NCBI GenBank assembly: GCA_044226015.1
Contig: JBGAHS010000001.1
Span: forward strand, 384,001 to 448,000
Length of the DNA: 64,000 nucleotides
Origin: Candidatus Obscuribacteraceae bacterium
GTDB lineage: Bacteria > Cyanobacteriota > Vampirovibrionia > Obscuribacterales > Obscuribacteraceae
Direction: 5' to 3'
Positions 20,105 through 31,300 of this stretch are shown in pieces. Both the position numbers and the translations under genes were made by a program. Position 1 is the stretch's first letter. Each line of letters opens with the position of its first letter. The notes beneath the pieces are model-generated. The model ran no database searches. It had not been told where the DNA came from and saw nothing but the letters and a program-made list of their open reading frames with translations.

Positions 20105-21811
20105 GTGCCCTTTGAAGAAGTGAAACTAAATCGAAGTAGCGAACTCGACAATCAAGCTGTCGAGTCGACTATGCACAAGCTTCAGAGAGAAGCTCACCTT
20201 CTTCTTGGTGGTGTCGGCGAAGGTACGGTTGATGCAGCCAGGCACTCGGTGTCGTCAAAAGAGGCGTGGGGAAGAACTCTTCTTAGTGTTGGAACAGCAG
20301 CTGCTTTGACTATAGCCATGAAGCGACCGGGAATGCTGGGCAACATTGGAAGAGGCGCTGGAACGCTCGGCGCAGCAAACTTCATTTATGATCTTGCGAA
20401 TCCCTACAGGCTAAGTGCCATGGGAGACGCGATTAGCGATACCTGGCAATCGGGAGCAAATTTCGATCGTAATTATGGCTTGATGAAAAAAGAGCTCGGC
20501 AAGCTCAGTTTTGATACCATGCTTGGTGTCGGTGGCGGTGCTCTAGGTGCAGGCTTCGCTAGCCGGTTTGCGCTAAAAAACTCAATTGCAGAGCCAATTC
20601 TGGGAAGGCAGGCGCAAGCTGTTGAGCCGCCCATTCTTGCGGATAAGACCAGTCTTGCAGCTGCTGAAATGACTCCTGCAGCTCAGCTGTCCCGTTTAGA
20701 AGCGACAAAGCCACTGGAGCTGCTAAGTACAGAAGCGCCGAAAGGTGCTGACGCCTTAAACGTTTTTAGCCGTTCAAATGAGCCTCTAGGTCGCGCTCTT
20801 TCTAATTTCGCTCATACACCTTTTGAACTTGATGGAGTAAAGTTTGCTTCGGTTGAAGCCTTCTATCAAGCTCTAAAGTATTTGGACCCAGTGAAGAGAG
20901 CCGAGATGGCACCACTTTGGGGCAGTTATGCTAAGTCGGCTGCTAACAAAGCACCGAAATTGAGCGAAACTTCTTATATGGGTGAAACAATTACCCTCGG
21001 CTCCAAAGAGCATCATGCTTTAATAGAACGTGCAATAAAGGCTAAATTAGAGCAGAATCCGAACGTTTTAGCGGGACTTCTTGAAACTGGCAATCGCCCA
21101 ATTGTTCATGACACTGGTAAAGGAATGAACTTTACTCGGCAGAGCAATTTCCCTGACCCTGTTTTTGCATCTATGCTTGAGAAAGTACGTGCGGACTACC
21201 AGGCTAAAGGCTTTGACGCAGGAAAGTTTAACCCATCTGCTCTTGATGTTATAGACGCAAAAGGTGGTAAATCGACGAGCGTGCCTGTTTCGATTCGCGA
21301 TACCGTCAGTGGTGCTGATAAAATATTCTTGAATCCTGTTGCTATCTCTGGAGAAGCAAATTTGAAATCTGTAGCAGATGCGCTGTCCACCATAAAGAGA
21401 CCAGAGCTTCATGAATGGCATAATTTAGAGGATTATTCTAGGGCTTTTGCGGGATTTGACCGCAAAGTTAGTTCTGTAGTCGGAGGTGGCTCCGACAGCA
21501 TTGCTCTTAAGCTTGAAGACGGCAATGTTTTGAAAATCACTACGAGAGACCTTCCGGCTGATTTGGGTTCTCGCCCGTTTGATCTGCCAGTCCTGGAACG
21601 CGGTTCTAAGCCCGTAGGCATCGGCGATATCAGTGTTAATTACTTCATTCAACCGTTCGCCAGCAAGCCTAAGCAGGGGCATTTAGGAATGGTTGCAGAC
21701 ACTATTAGCAAGAGTGGTTATAACTTTGTAGAGCCGTTCATTAGTCAAGTCGGAGTCTACAAAGGGCAAGCTTACTTGCTCGATCCGTTTGCGGTGAAAC
21801 CGAAAAATTAG
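20105..21811 (+). CDS. multidomain effector-like protein: Gly-rich helical N-domain, NADAR domain, kinase-like C-terminus
   Basis: NADAR motifs LSNFAHTPFELDGVKFASVEAFYQALK, AKLEQNP, LLETG; kinase-like VVGGGSDS...VLKIT...SQVG...LLDPF. Start at 20105 (GTG after GGAG) or 20096. Confidence 0.75.
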   Translation: MPFEEVKLNRSSELDNQAVESTMHKLQREAHLLLGGVGEGTVDAARHSVSSKEAWGRTLLSVGTAAALTIAMKRPGMLGNIGRGAGTLGAANFIYDLANPYRLSAMGDAISDTWQSGANFDRNYGLMKKELGKLSFDTMLGVGGGALGAGFASRFALKNSIAEPILGRQAQAVEPPILADKTSLAAAEMTPAAQLSRLEATKPLELLSTEAPKGADALNVFSRSNEPLGRALSNFAHTPFELDGVKFASVEAFYQALKYLDPVKRAEMAPLWGSYAKSAANKAPKLSETSYMGETITLGSKEHHALIERAIKAKLEQNPNVLAGLLETGNRPIVHDTGKGMNFTRQSNFPDPVFASMLEKVRADYQAKGFDAGKFNPSALDVIDAKGGKSTSVPVSIRDTVSGADKIFLNPVAISGEANLKSVADALSTIKRPELHEWHNLEDYSRAFAGFDRKVSSVVGGGSDSIALKLEDGNVLKITTRDLPADLGSRPFDLPVLERGSKPVGIGDISVNYFIQPFASKPKQGHLGMVADTISKSGYNFVEPFISQVGVYKGQAYLLDPFAVKPKN

Positions 21812-21911
21812 TGCCAGAGATAGCCAAATTGTGGGACTGCGTTGGAGCAGGCTCAAGCTCTCTTGAGCAAAGCGGGAAGCTCTTTTTGCTTTGAGCTTAC
21901 TCGTTGTGACA

Positions 21912-22358
21912 CTACATGCGGTGTTTGATTTCGTCCCAGTCAGGTATTTTACCCAGTACCGGTTCCAAAACGGCAACATTTAAGCGAGCACTTTTGTTTG
22001 CCACTTCCAGCGCCTGTTGTCGCAATGATGTATATTCTTCTTCAGTTAAAGAACGGATTTTTCGTTTGCCCAAATACTCTACTAACAAAAGTGGAATTCT
22101 ATCAGCGCCTTCGAAACGATCTGGAGGGTATTCGAGAAGCAGATACTCTCGCCCATTTGCCGGCATTCGTTGGTTCACCGCAAACCAGTATTCACTCTTG
22201 GCTGTTTCGTCTTGTTTCAGGCATAATTGCACCGATCGCGAACCGTAGCTGTAGCATTCAGTGATTGGTAGTATTGTATTTGGTGGCAAAACCTCGAGCC
22301 CGAAGCAAAGCTCGCGCATGATATCAAAATGTTCTGTGAATTCTTCAGTCGATGCCAT
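21912..22358 (-). CDS. hypothetical protein directly downstream of the giant gene (candidate immunity/partner)
   Basis: RBS GGAGAG; starts about 20 nt after the giant gene's stop. Confidence 0.65.
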   Translation of the reverse strand: MASTEEFTEHFDIMRELCFGLEVLPPNTILPITECYSYGSRSVQLCLKQDETAKSEYWFAVNQRMPANGREYLLLEYPPDRFEGADRIPLLLVEYLGKRKIRSLTEEEYTSLRQQALEVANKSARLNVAVLEPVLGKIPDWDEIKHRM

Positions 22359-22377
22359 CTTTCTCTCCAATCAATGT

Positions 22378-25300
22378 TTATAACTTATCTACAAACAACT
22401 CAGTACCTCGCCTCAACTGTGGATAGGTATGGAACGCAGAACTTCCGTTATTGGTGTCTTTCGTTCCAGTTCCACCAAGCATGAGCCGGTCTCCTGGTTT
22501 AATTTCCTGGGTTCCCACGAGAGCTTCCCACTTATCCGTGTTCGCTCTCATTATGTATGTTCCGTAAGTTGAGCCTTTGTCTTTGGCGTAAAGTTTGCCA
22601 GACGCGTCTTTGGTCAGCTGCAGATGTTCTCTGGAAACATTGCGATTAAAATACGGTGAAGCTACGTCTTCCAGGACATCTCGCTGATGATTGCGTCCAA
22701 TCTCCAGCGGAGTGCCATCAGCTTCCACTCTTAATTGCATTCCTCCGAAATCTATTTTGTTTGCAACGGCTTCGACCTTTGCCGGGGCTGAAGCGAACAA
22801 CTTCAATTCTGTGCCGTAGCGTTTAGCTGGGTCCGCATCCCACGCTACAGATGGAGTGTCGGAGGTTCCACCTAACATTACGCGGTCGCCTGGCTGTACT
22901 TCAGTCTTGCTTGTTACGGCTTCCCATCGATTGCTGCCATTACGCTGAATGTAGGTGCCGTTGCTGGAATTGTTGTCTGTTATGAATACTCTTCCATCTG
23001 CTTCGCGGTTGACGACTGCGTGAGAGCGCGACACGTTCTTATTATTGAACGGTGAGTTGTCAGCACCGAGGGTTTGTTGATGTGACCGGCCAACGCTGAG
23101 CGCTGGTCCGCCTGCTGCCAGGTCGAGCTGCTCGCCGCCGATGCCAATATTCACTTTGGCTTCTGGCGTTAACTTAGACCCCGGTGCAACCGGTGCCATG
23201 GGGGCATCGAATCCACTGGGCGATTTCACCGTACCAAGCAACAGGTCGGTGGGGTCTTTCCCTTCGGGCAAATATTTGTTCGCCAGGGCGTAATACGCTT
23301 GTCTGTCAGTCAAGTCTCCTGCTTGCTTGCTTGCGCTGCTTTCGTCCAGATATAAGCGGGGACCATCGCCTCCTTCCCTGACTCTGGATCCGTTAGACTG
23401 AGCTGCAAGCGAGAGGTTTGAGTCTCGGTCATAACCAAGTGTGTTAGGACGCAGTCCCGCATTCTTTTCCACTTGCCGTAATTGATCGCTTGTTAAACGC
23501 TCACCGGGCTTCAGTCCCATTTGCGAATGGATATGATCTGCCAGCGGTTTGTCGAGCTTCGCTGCAATATCGCTATCCATTCTTGTTATCTGGTAGAAGT
23601 CTCGAACGATGCCTACTCGGTTCGAGCTGCCAGTTACTTTGTCGATGTTTCCAGTGTCGATTGGTTTTGCTCGACCCAGATTTTTTTCCGTAAGTATTCT
23701 GTCTATTTCTTTTTGTACAGCAACCGCATCTTCCGGAGTCTTTGTGAATACGGTGAAACCTTTTGCTTCCTGTCCCTTTCCTGTTGGAGAGAAAGTGCCT
23801 TCTGGAGCCGTTCCTGCGCCGACTTTAGGATCGAATGTTTTCCATCCGTGAATCTTGGATGCTAGCGCTGGATTCTTTTCAAGCTCAGGAATCAGAGCCT
23901 CTTGCAATTTGCCGAGGTCTGCATTTCCATCTGTTGTCACATGAACTTTTACGGCTCCGGGTGGACCAGAATCGAGTTTTCCATAAAACCAATCTTGTTG
24001 CGGTGTTTTGATTAGTTTGAATTGATCGCCGTTGATTTCGACTTGCCGCAGGAATGGCATGTCGTTCGGCTCGCTGACTTTCATTCTCTTCGGAAATTCA
24101 GGTGCTGCATCCTTTGGAAGTGCTGCGCGATCGAATGCATCGATTTTAACTTCCGTGCCGAAGCGTTTTGCTGGATCTTTGTCTGCCACCGCAGATGGTG
24201 TCTCGCTGGTTCCGCCCAGCATTACCTTGTCTCCAGGCTGAACCTCGGTTCTTCCTGTCACTGTTTCCCACTTATCTGAGCCATTGCGCTTGATATAGGT
24301 TCCATTGCTGGAGTTATTATCAGTGATAAACACTTTGCCGTCGGCGTCTCGACTGAGCGTGGCGTGATTTCGAGATACATTCAAATTCTCGTGTGGGCTA
24401 TTCGACCCGAGAGAGGTTTGATGTGAACGTCCCAATGGAACTGAGGGACCGCCTGCTTCTAAATTGATTTTGTCGCCACCAATTCCAAGTCCGACATTTG
24501 CCTCTGCACTGAAAGATGGTTTTGCAGCCTGCGGGAGGGCTTGAACAGGTGGTGCTTCAAATTTTGGAGATTTGACCAGGCCCGCAGCTAAATCTGCAGG
24601 ACCTTGTCCTTCGGGAAGATACTTGTTTGACAGTGCGTAAAAAGCTTGTCTGTCCGTCAAATCACCAAATTCTTTTCCAGCCTTTCCTTCATCAAGGTAA
24701 ATGCGCGGACCGCTGCCGCCATCATGCATGCCGCTTGAGCGAGATTGTGCGATGAGCGAAAGATTGTTGTCCCTATCATAAGCGAGCGTTTCCGGTCTCA
24801 ACCCAGCCGCTTTTTCCACCTGTCGAAGCTGTTCGGGAGACAGCTTTTGACCAGGTTGCAAGCCCATTTGAGCCTGAATGTGCTCGGCTAGTGGTTTGTC
24901 CAATCGGGCTGCAAGATTGCCATCGACTTGAGTTGGTTCAAATTGGTCTCGAACGATTCCAACTCGGTTGGATGATCCTTTTATCTGGTCGATATTACCG
25001 GTGTCTATCGGTGTCGAACGACCCAGTCCTTTTTCAGTAAGTACTCTGTCAATTTCCTTCTGCAGAGCTACTGCATCTTCAGGAGTTCGGGCGTAGATTG
25101 TGAATGCTTTTGCTCCCTGTCCTTTGCCATTGGGCAACCATGCGCCTGGTCCTGCGTTACCAGCACCAATTTCGGGGTCAAATGTTTTCCAACCATGAAC
25201 TTTCGCTGCTAGTTCCGGATTCTTATTCAGTGCCGGAATTAATGCCTCTTGTAGCTTTCCAAGGTCTTGAACTCCGTCTGTCATCACATGGATTTTGACA

Positions 25301-28300
25301 GGAGCTTCCCCTTGGGCAAACTTACCGTAATACCAAACTTGAGGTCCGCCTTTGACCAGTCTGAAGTTTTCACCATCTATATTTACTTCGCGAACACCAG
25401 GCATATCTTCGGGAGAGCTGACTTTCATCTTAAGCCCTGGCGTTCCGTCATTAGGCACTACTGCAGCTTTGCGTTCGAGTGCTTCAATGTGCAGTTCTGT
25501 GCCACGTCGTTTGGCCGGGTTTGTTAGGAATTCTGAATCGCGAACATCTTGTGTGCCGGTTCCGGCCAACATCACTTTGTCGCCAGGTTTTATTTCTGTC
25601 TTCCCTTGCACCTTTTCCCAGTTGTTGGAACCGTCTCTCTTTATGTAAGTTCCTGCAGTTGAATTGTTGTCTGTGATGTAGACCTTGCCGTCGGAAGTCT
25701 GATGGATATGGCCATGTTCGCGTGAAACATTTGTATTGAAATGCTCCGACGAGGGGTTTGCTATTCCGTCCTGATGGTATCGTCCAAGTGGCACTGAAGG
25801 ACCACCCGGTTCAAGTTTTAGTTTCTCACCGCCGAGTCCAACGCTAGCGATTTCTTTTGTCGATGGAGGGAGATCGGCTACTGCTGCAGGCTTCGCAAGT
25901 GACTCCGGACGTGGAACTCGTCCACTTGCCAGGTCAACCGGATCGTAACCTTCGGGTAGATATTTGTTGGTTAGCGCGTACATTGCTTGTCGATCTGTGA
26001 GATCTCCAGCAGCTTTACTCGCGTTGCTTTCATCAAGATAAATTCGAGGTGTGCCGCGATCGCTTATTCTAGAATGACGCGATTGACCAAGTAGCGCAAG
26101 TTCCCCATTGCGATCATAAGCTAGGGTACCCGGCCTGATACCAGCGTCTTTTTCCACTTGTCTCAATTGAGCGTCAGTGAGCTTTTGTCCTTCCGGAACA
26201 CCTAATTTAGAATTGATGTGGGCTGCAAGTTCGCGATCTAAGAGGGCACCATCTACGGGGCTATTTGGCAGGTCTGCTGGATGGAAATAATCACGCACAA
26301 TTCCAACACGGTTTGAGCTTCCTCTGATCGAGTCAACGTTTCCTGTTGAAATTCCATGCTCTCTGCCGAGACCCTTAGCAGTTAGAATTTCGTCAATTCG
26401 CTTCTGAACTGCAAGCGCATCCTCTGCTGTTTTTGTGTACAGAGTGAATGCCTTCGCACTTTGCCCTACCCCATCTGGCGCTTTCTCGAGATTTCTTCCA
26501 ACACCAACTTCAGGGTCGAAAGTCTTCCAGCCTGAAACTTTTGCTGCTAATTCCGGATCGTTTTTCAGTGCAGGAATAATGGTCTCTTGGAGTTTGCCGA
26601 GGTCTGCAGCACCATCTGTCACTACATGTACTTTCGCAACAGCGCTTTCTCCCTCTGGGAATTTTCCGTAATACCAGAAATCGCGAGGCGGACGCATAAG
26701 GTCGAACTGTTGACCATTTATTTCGACCTTCTTCCAGGCTTCGCTGTCGGCATGTACTTTCATCTCTTTTGGGAAGTTCTTCGCCGCAGCTTCTCTTTCC
26801 AATGCTTCGGTCTTCAAGCCAAAGAGTTCGCGCGCGCCCTTATTTCCTGCCGGAACTTCGCCATCGGACTTCTTACCAAAGCCCCAGAGTGCTTCGTTGA
26901 CTGGTTGTTTTTGTCCTAGTTCTGGTGGCGTTTCAAGTTGTGGACGGATTTCGGCCGTATGATCAAATTTTGCCTTTGATTTGCCCCTTATGCCCGTGGC
27001 TTTTTGCAGTTCATCCAACATGTTCATGTTGTTGTTGGGGCCGCCATATGGAGTCAGGATATTTGTAGTTAGACCAGAGTCGTGTCCTGGTTTGAAGAGT
27101 TTATAGTTACCGAATACTTTTTCCTGATCTGTCAGTCCGAGACGTGCCAATGTTGCCGGGTCATACAATTGTTTGTATGTCTGATTAGATAGAACAGTGA
27201 CATCCATATCCTTCAATGGAAGGTAGCGAGAATCTTTTTGCCAGAGTAGCCATGGGTTCGTTTCGGTTTCAAATTTGCCCATGGTGGCAACTACAACTTT
27301 GCCACCAGATTGCTTCAGCATAGTGGCATTGTCTTTGACAACACCAGCAGCTTGCCGTCCGCTCAGGGAGAAGTCATCCAAGTAGACCAGAACCTTGCCT
27401 TTGGCACCATCTGGACCCAAAGCAGCCAGTTCTTTTGCTGTTATGAAATTAGCAGAGCCCAGATCGTTAGCTGTGGCGTACATTTTCGCCGAGATCATCT
27501 GGCTGCCAATATTGTCAATCTTATCTAAGGACTTGCCTGCTGCTTTTGCTGCGGCAATTTGTCCTTCGTATTCAAGTCCGGTCACAAGCATGATGTCAGA
27601 CGGCTTGGTGCCAGGCGGGAGCTCTGCCATAAGCTTCTGATGCAGTTCGTGGAATTCTTTGAGTTGTTGTGTATACGATTTGTACTCAACTCCATGTTCA
27701 AGAATTTGACCTGCAAATGACTTGATTTCTGGGCTCTTGATTGAAGCCAGATAAGACTCAAGTTGCTGCTTCGTCAGCTGAGGGGCAGTAAACTGATCGT
27801 ACATCGATCCGATTCTGTACTGTTCGCTACCTCCAACCTTATCTCGTAGTTGCTTTCCTGGTAGCTGCTGTTCTGGTTGCAGAACTGTCGTTTTTGGATT
27901 TATTTCCGTTGCTAGTTTCGCGGTGTCGCCTTCCAATATCTTCTTCACAGCGGCTTCACTGCTCAGACCTGGTTCAGCTGCTTGCAATGCCTTGGCTTTC
28001 TCTACTATTCCTGCAATCTTGTCTTGCATACCTTTGGTGCCTGCGAATTGGCTGGCACCAAAATCAATGAAATTGACTCCCTTGTCGAAACCGTTGATAT
28101 TGCTCACGTAGAGTCTGTCAACTTGAGAAAGAGCTTGCTTTTGCGCTGCAGTTGCAGTGCTCAGGTCGCCGAGAATTAGTGCACGATTTGGCATTCCTTC
28201 AGCTGCAAGTTGTTTCATTCCGGCAGCATCAAGAGTAACAACATGAACCTTGAGTTGATCTTGATTCTTTCTAAGTAATTGTGCCAGCATTTCAGCAGAA

Positions 28301-31300
28301 TCATTGCCACCCATTGAGAAGACTGTAATGCCCTCTTTGCGGAGTGCCGGGTCAATTTTGTCGAGTTGGGCTTGCAGGTTGCGGAGCTGATCGTCGAGAG
28401 CTCGTGGTGTCATATTCGGTGCGGACTGTTCCATGACTTCCATGGCCAGTTTTCTGTCGGCTTCGCTAAATCCTTTGAACATGTCCTCGAATTCAGCTTT
28501 TGTTATTGGTACCTCACGGGTGCCTTCCGAGAACTTTTTGGTTATGCGATCAATGCGTTCGAGATCCATCTTTTCGGCAGGATCATACGGTTTTACTGGC
28601 TGATCACCAGGCGTGTCTTTGGCGCGAACTGGAGCGTCGTCGACTTTCGGTCTGGTACCAGATGTGGCGTCGCCGCCCTCTTTGACCTGATGCGAAAGTC
28701 CGTATGCTTCTTTCTCGATTTGGTTAGTCGAATATGCGTTGATCAAGTCTTTATGAACCTGATTTACTTTCGCACCTTCACCTTCAAGGTGCTTAATCAA
28801 CGCTTGTCTTGCCCCTTCAGCGTCAAAGCTCTGTATGTGTCCGGCTTTGAAATCTTCCCATTGTTTAGCAAATTTCGATAACTCTTCTGATGGTGCAGTT
28901 TGACCAAACAATCTGGAAGCCAGCACATCACCTCCTGGCTCCTTCAAGAGATCATTAAACAATCGGTCAACCGCCTTGCCGTCAACATTTGCTTGAAGGT
29001 CTTTAAGCTTCGAATCAATGACTCTAGCCGAATTGCCTAACTGCTCTGACTTTGCTGCAACATCTGTCAGCGAGTTCTTGACACTCTTTGCGAGATCTCC
29101 AGCCCGTGCTATTTCATCGGCAGTGAGAGCACCTTTCTTCTCAGCCGATTGACTTACAGTCTTTAACCAATCAGCATTTAGATCGCGACCCGTCGCTTCC
29201 TTGTAGTGTGCCTGAACCGCAGCCACATCGCCGGCTTTGCCATCGGCTGCTGCCAGACGTTGAGCGTTGCGCACCAGAAGTTCGTCTTGTGCTGCTGCGT
29301 GAGTGAATTCATGGAAGGTCACCCTATTAAGTCCTGCGGCACCACCTGCCTCAGCTAAAGCATCCTTCGGTAATGTGATTACTCCTTCGCCGAATGTGTA
29401 GCCTCCAGCCGCGTGCATGTTTTCTGCCAGCTGTACTTTGACTGGTGGCAAGCCTCTTTCGCTTGCAAATTTATTGAGTTCTCGCTCTAATTCTTGTGCG
29501 CGCGCTTTAGATACCGCGGTAATCTCGCTGGTCAGATTCTTGTGTTTGTTAGCCAGCGATTTCCAATCTTCGCTGAGTTGATGAAGTTTGGAGTCCTTAT
29601 TAAGAGGATGATTCGCGTCACTTCGTGCCGCAGCAATGTCGGCTTCGGAAGCTCCGGATTGCTTTAATCGCGAAATTTCATTATCTAAAACCTGTTGAGC
29701 TTCTTTGACTTTCGGAGCCAATCCATCAGCTTCTTTGACTTTTGGACTGAGGTCATCCTTCCAAGATTCTCTGACCTTGCTCATGCGGGCACTGAAATCT
29801 TCAGCTGCTTCTTTTCCGAGTTGCGGAATTTTGTCATTCAACGCTTGCAATTCAGAAGCGCTCGGAGCTTCGATTTGCGGTCTGTAGGCTGAGTCAAATG
29901 GCTCTTCTGTTTTGAGGGCTGCAGCTTGCTTTTTCAAGTCGGGATGGAGATTGTCATTTGCCGGAACTCGTTCAGCAGGAGCCGGACCGTCTTTAACAAC
30001 GCTTGGTCCATCTTTCACGCCTGTCGCGGGGGTATCTTTTACAGCTGTCGCAGGCGCGTCTGTGGGAAGAACCTTGCCTTCATTTACCCTAGCTTTGTCG
30101 AATACATCTTTCAGTTCACCAGCAGCGGTGCTTCCGCTGCCAGGGTGTAATTGTCCGCTGGGCTTGCTGGGAACATGTGCTTTTGCTACATCGGCGGTCA
30201 CTGCGCCCAGTCCAGCCGTTCCTGCTACTACTTCCGGAACGACATGATCTCCTTTTGGAACCGGCACAGAAGGATGTTCTCCTCCCTTGAATGCCATTCC
30301 GACTCCTTTGAATGCCGTGCTCATGACACCAGTGAAGACGAATCCTTGAGCGAATGCGATCTGTAGCGATTTGCCGTCAATCTTGCCGTCGTCAATTAGC
30401 TGTCGTCCACCTTCACCTATGGTATTACCGATGCCACCAACAGTAGAGTGCACGAGTAGGTTTGCTGCCTCTGTCTTCAATATCTGTGCAGTACTTGCAC
30501 CCGCCAAATGCGTGGCTTCTTTGAACCCTAAGTTGCCCGCGCCGAACTGGTTCGAAAATGCAAGCGCGGTGTATTTGAATGCATCCCCAGCGAATTCCTT
30601 AGCTCCGTTGGTGTCATTTCCCATCAAGCCATACTTTAATGTCGCTGCTCCCAACCCCATAACAGTAGAAATTCCGGCTAGAGCGTAAAGACTAGCCCCT
30701 GCAGTGAACGGGGCTGCCACCAAGGAGACGCCTGTAACGACGCCTGTCACCACGGTATCTGTTGTGGCTTGCTTTGTGTCCTTAAAGCTCTTTACTCTGT
30801 CTTCTGTATTTGCGGCAAGTTCATTTAACGTTTTTACATCTAGTGTCTTGCCGTTAGAAGTGGCCTCATAGATTTTTCGGTTGAAATCGTTTAGTGCTTC
30901 AATATGAGTAGTGTTGTAATTGCTTGCCATGCGCGCTCCAAGTCCAGCGTCTGTAGCAGAAACTGTCTTGATAGCGTGTAAATGTTCTTTGTCTTGCGTC
31001 CAGTCTTTGTGTCTGGTTGCACGGAATACTTCATCGTACTCTTTGTTGTCCACTTGTTTGAGCATGCTGGCTCTGAAGTTTTCGTATTTCGCTTCGTAGC
31101 GATTTTGAATTTCTACGCGAGGTCCTTCCTCAGTCATAGACTTCATTAAGCCTATGGCTTCTTCTTTTGTCACGCCCGCATTTAGTGTAAATGCACGCAG
31201 TTTGTCCTCTGGTTTAACTTCACCTTGCTTCAAAATGTTTTGAGCAAGTTCGTAAACTTCTTTTGGTCCGGCATTTTTTAAGGTCTCGAGCATCTTCGCT

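Noticed and set aside
22378..26720. Lanthipeptide (LanKC/LanL) biosynthetic cluster
   Set aside because: The lyase-like domains are not followed by kinase or cyclase domains, and no precursor peptide or transporter is nearby.
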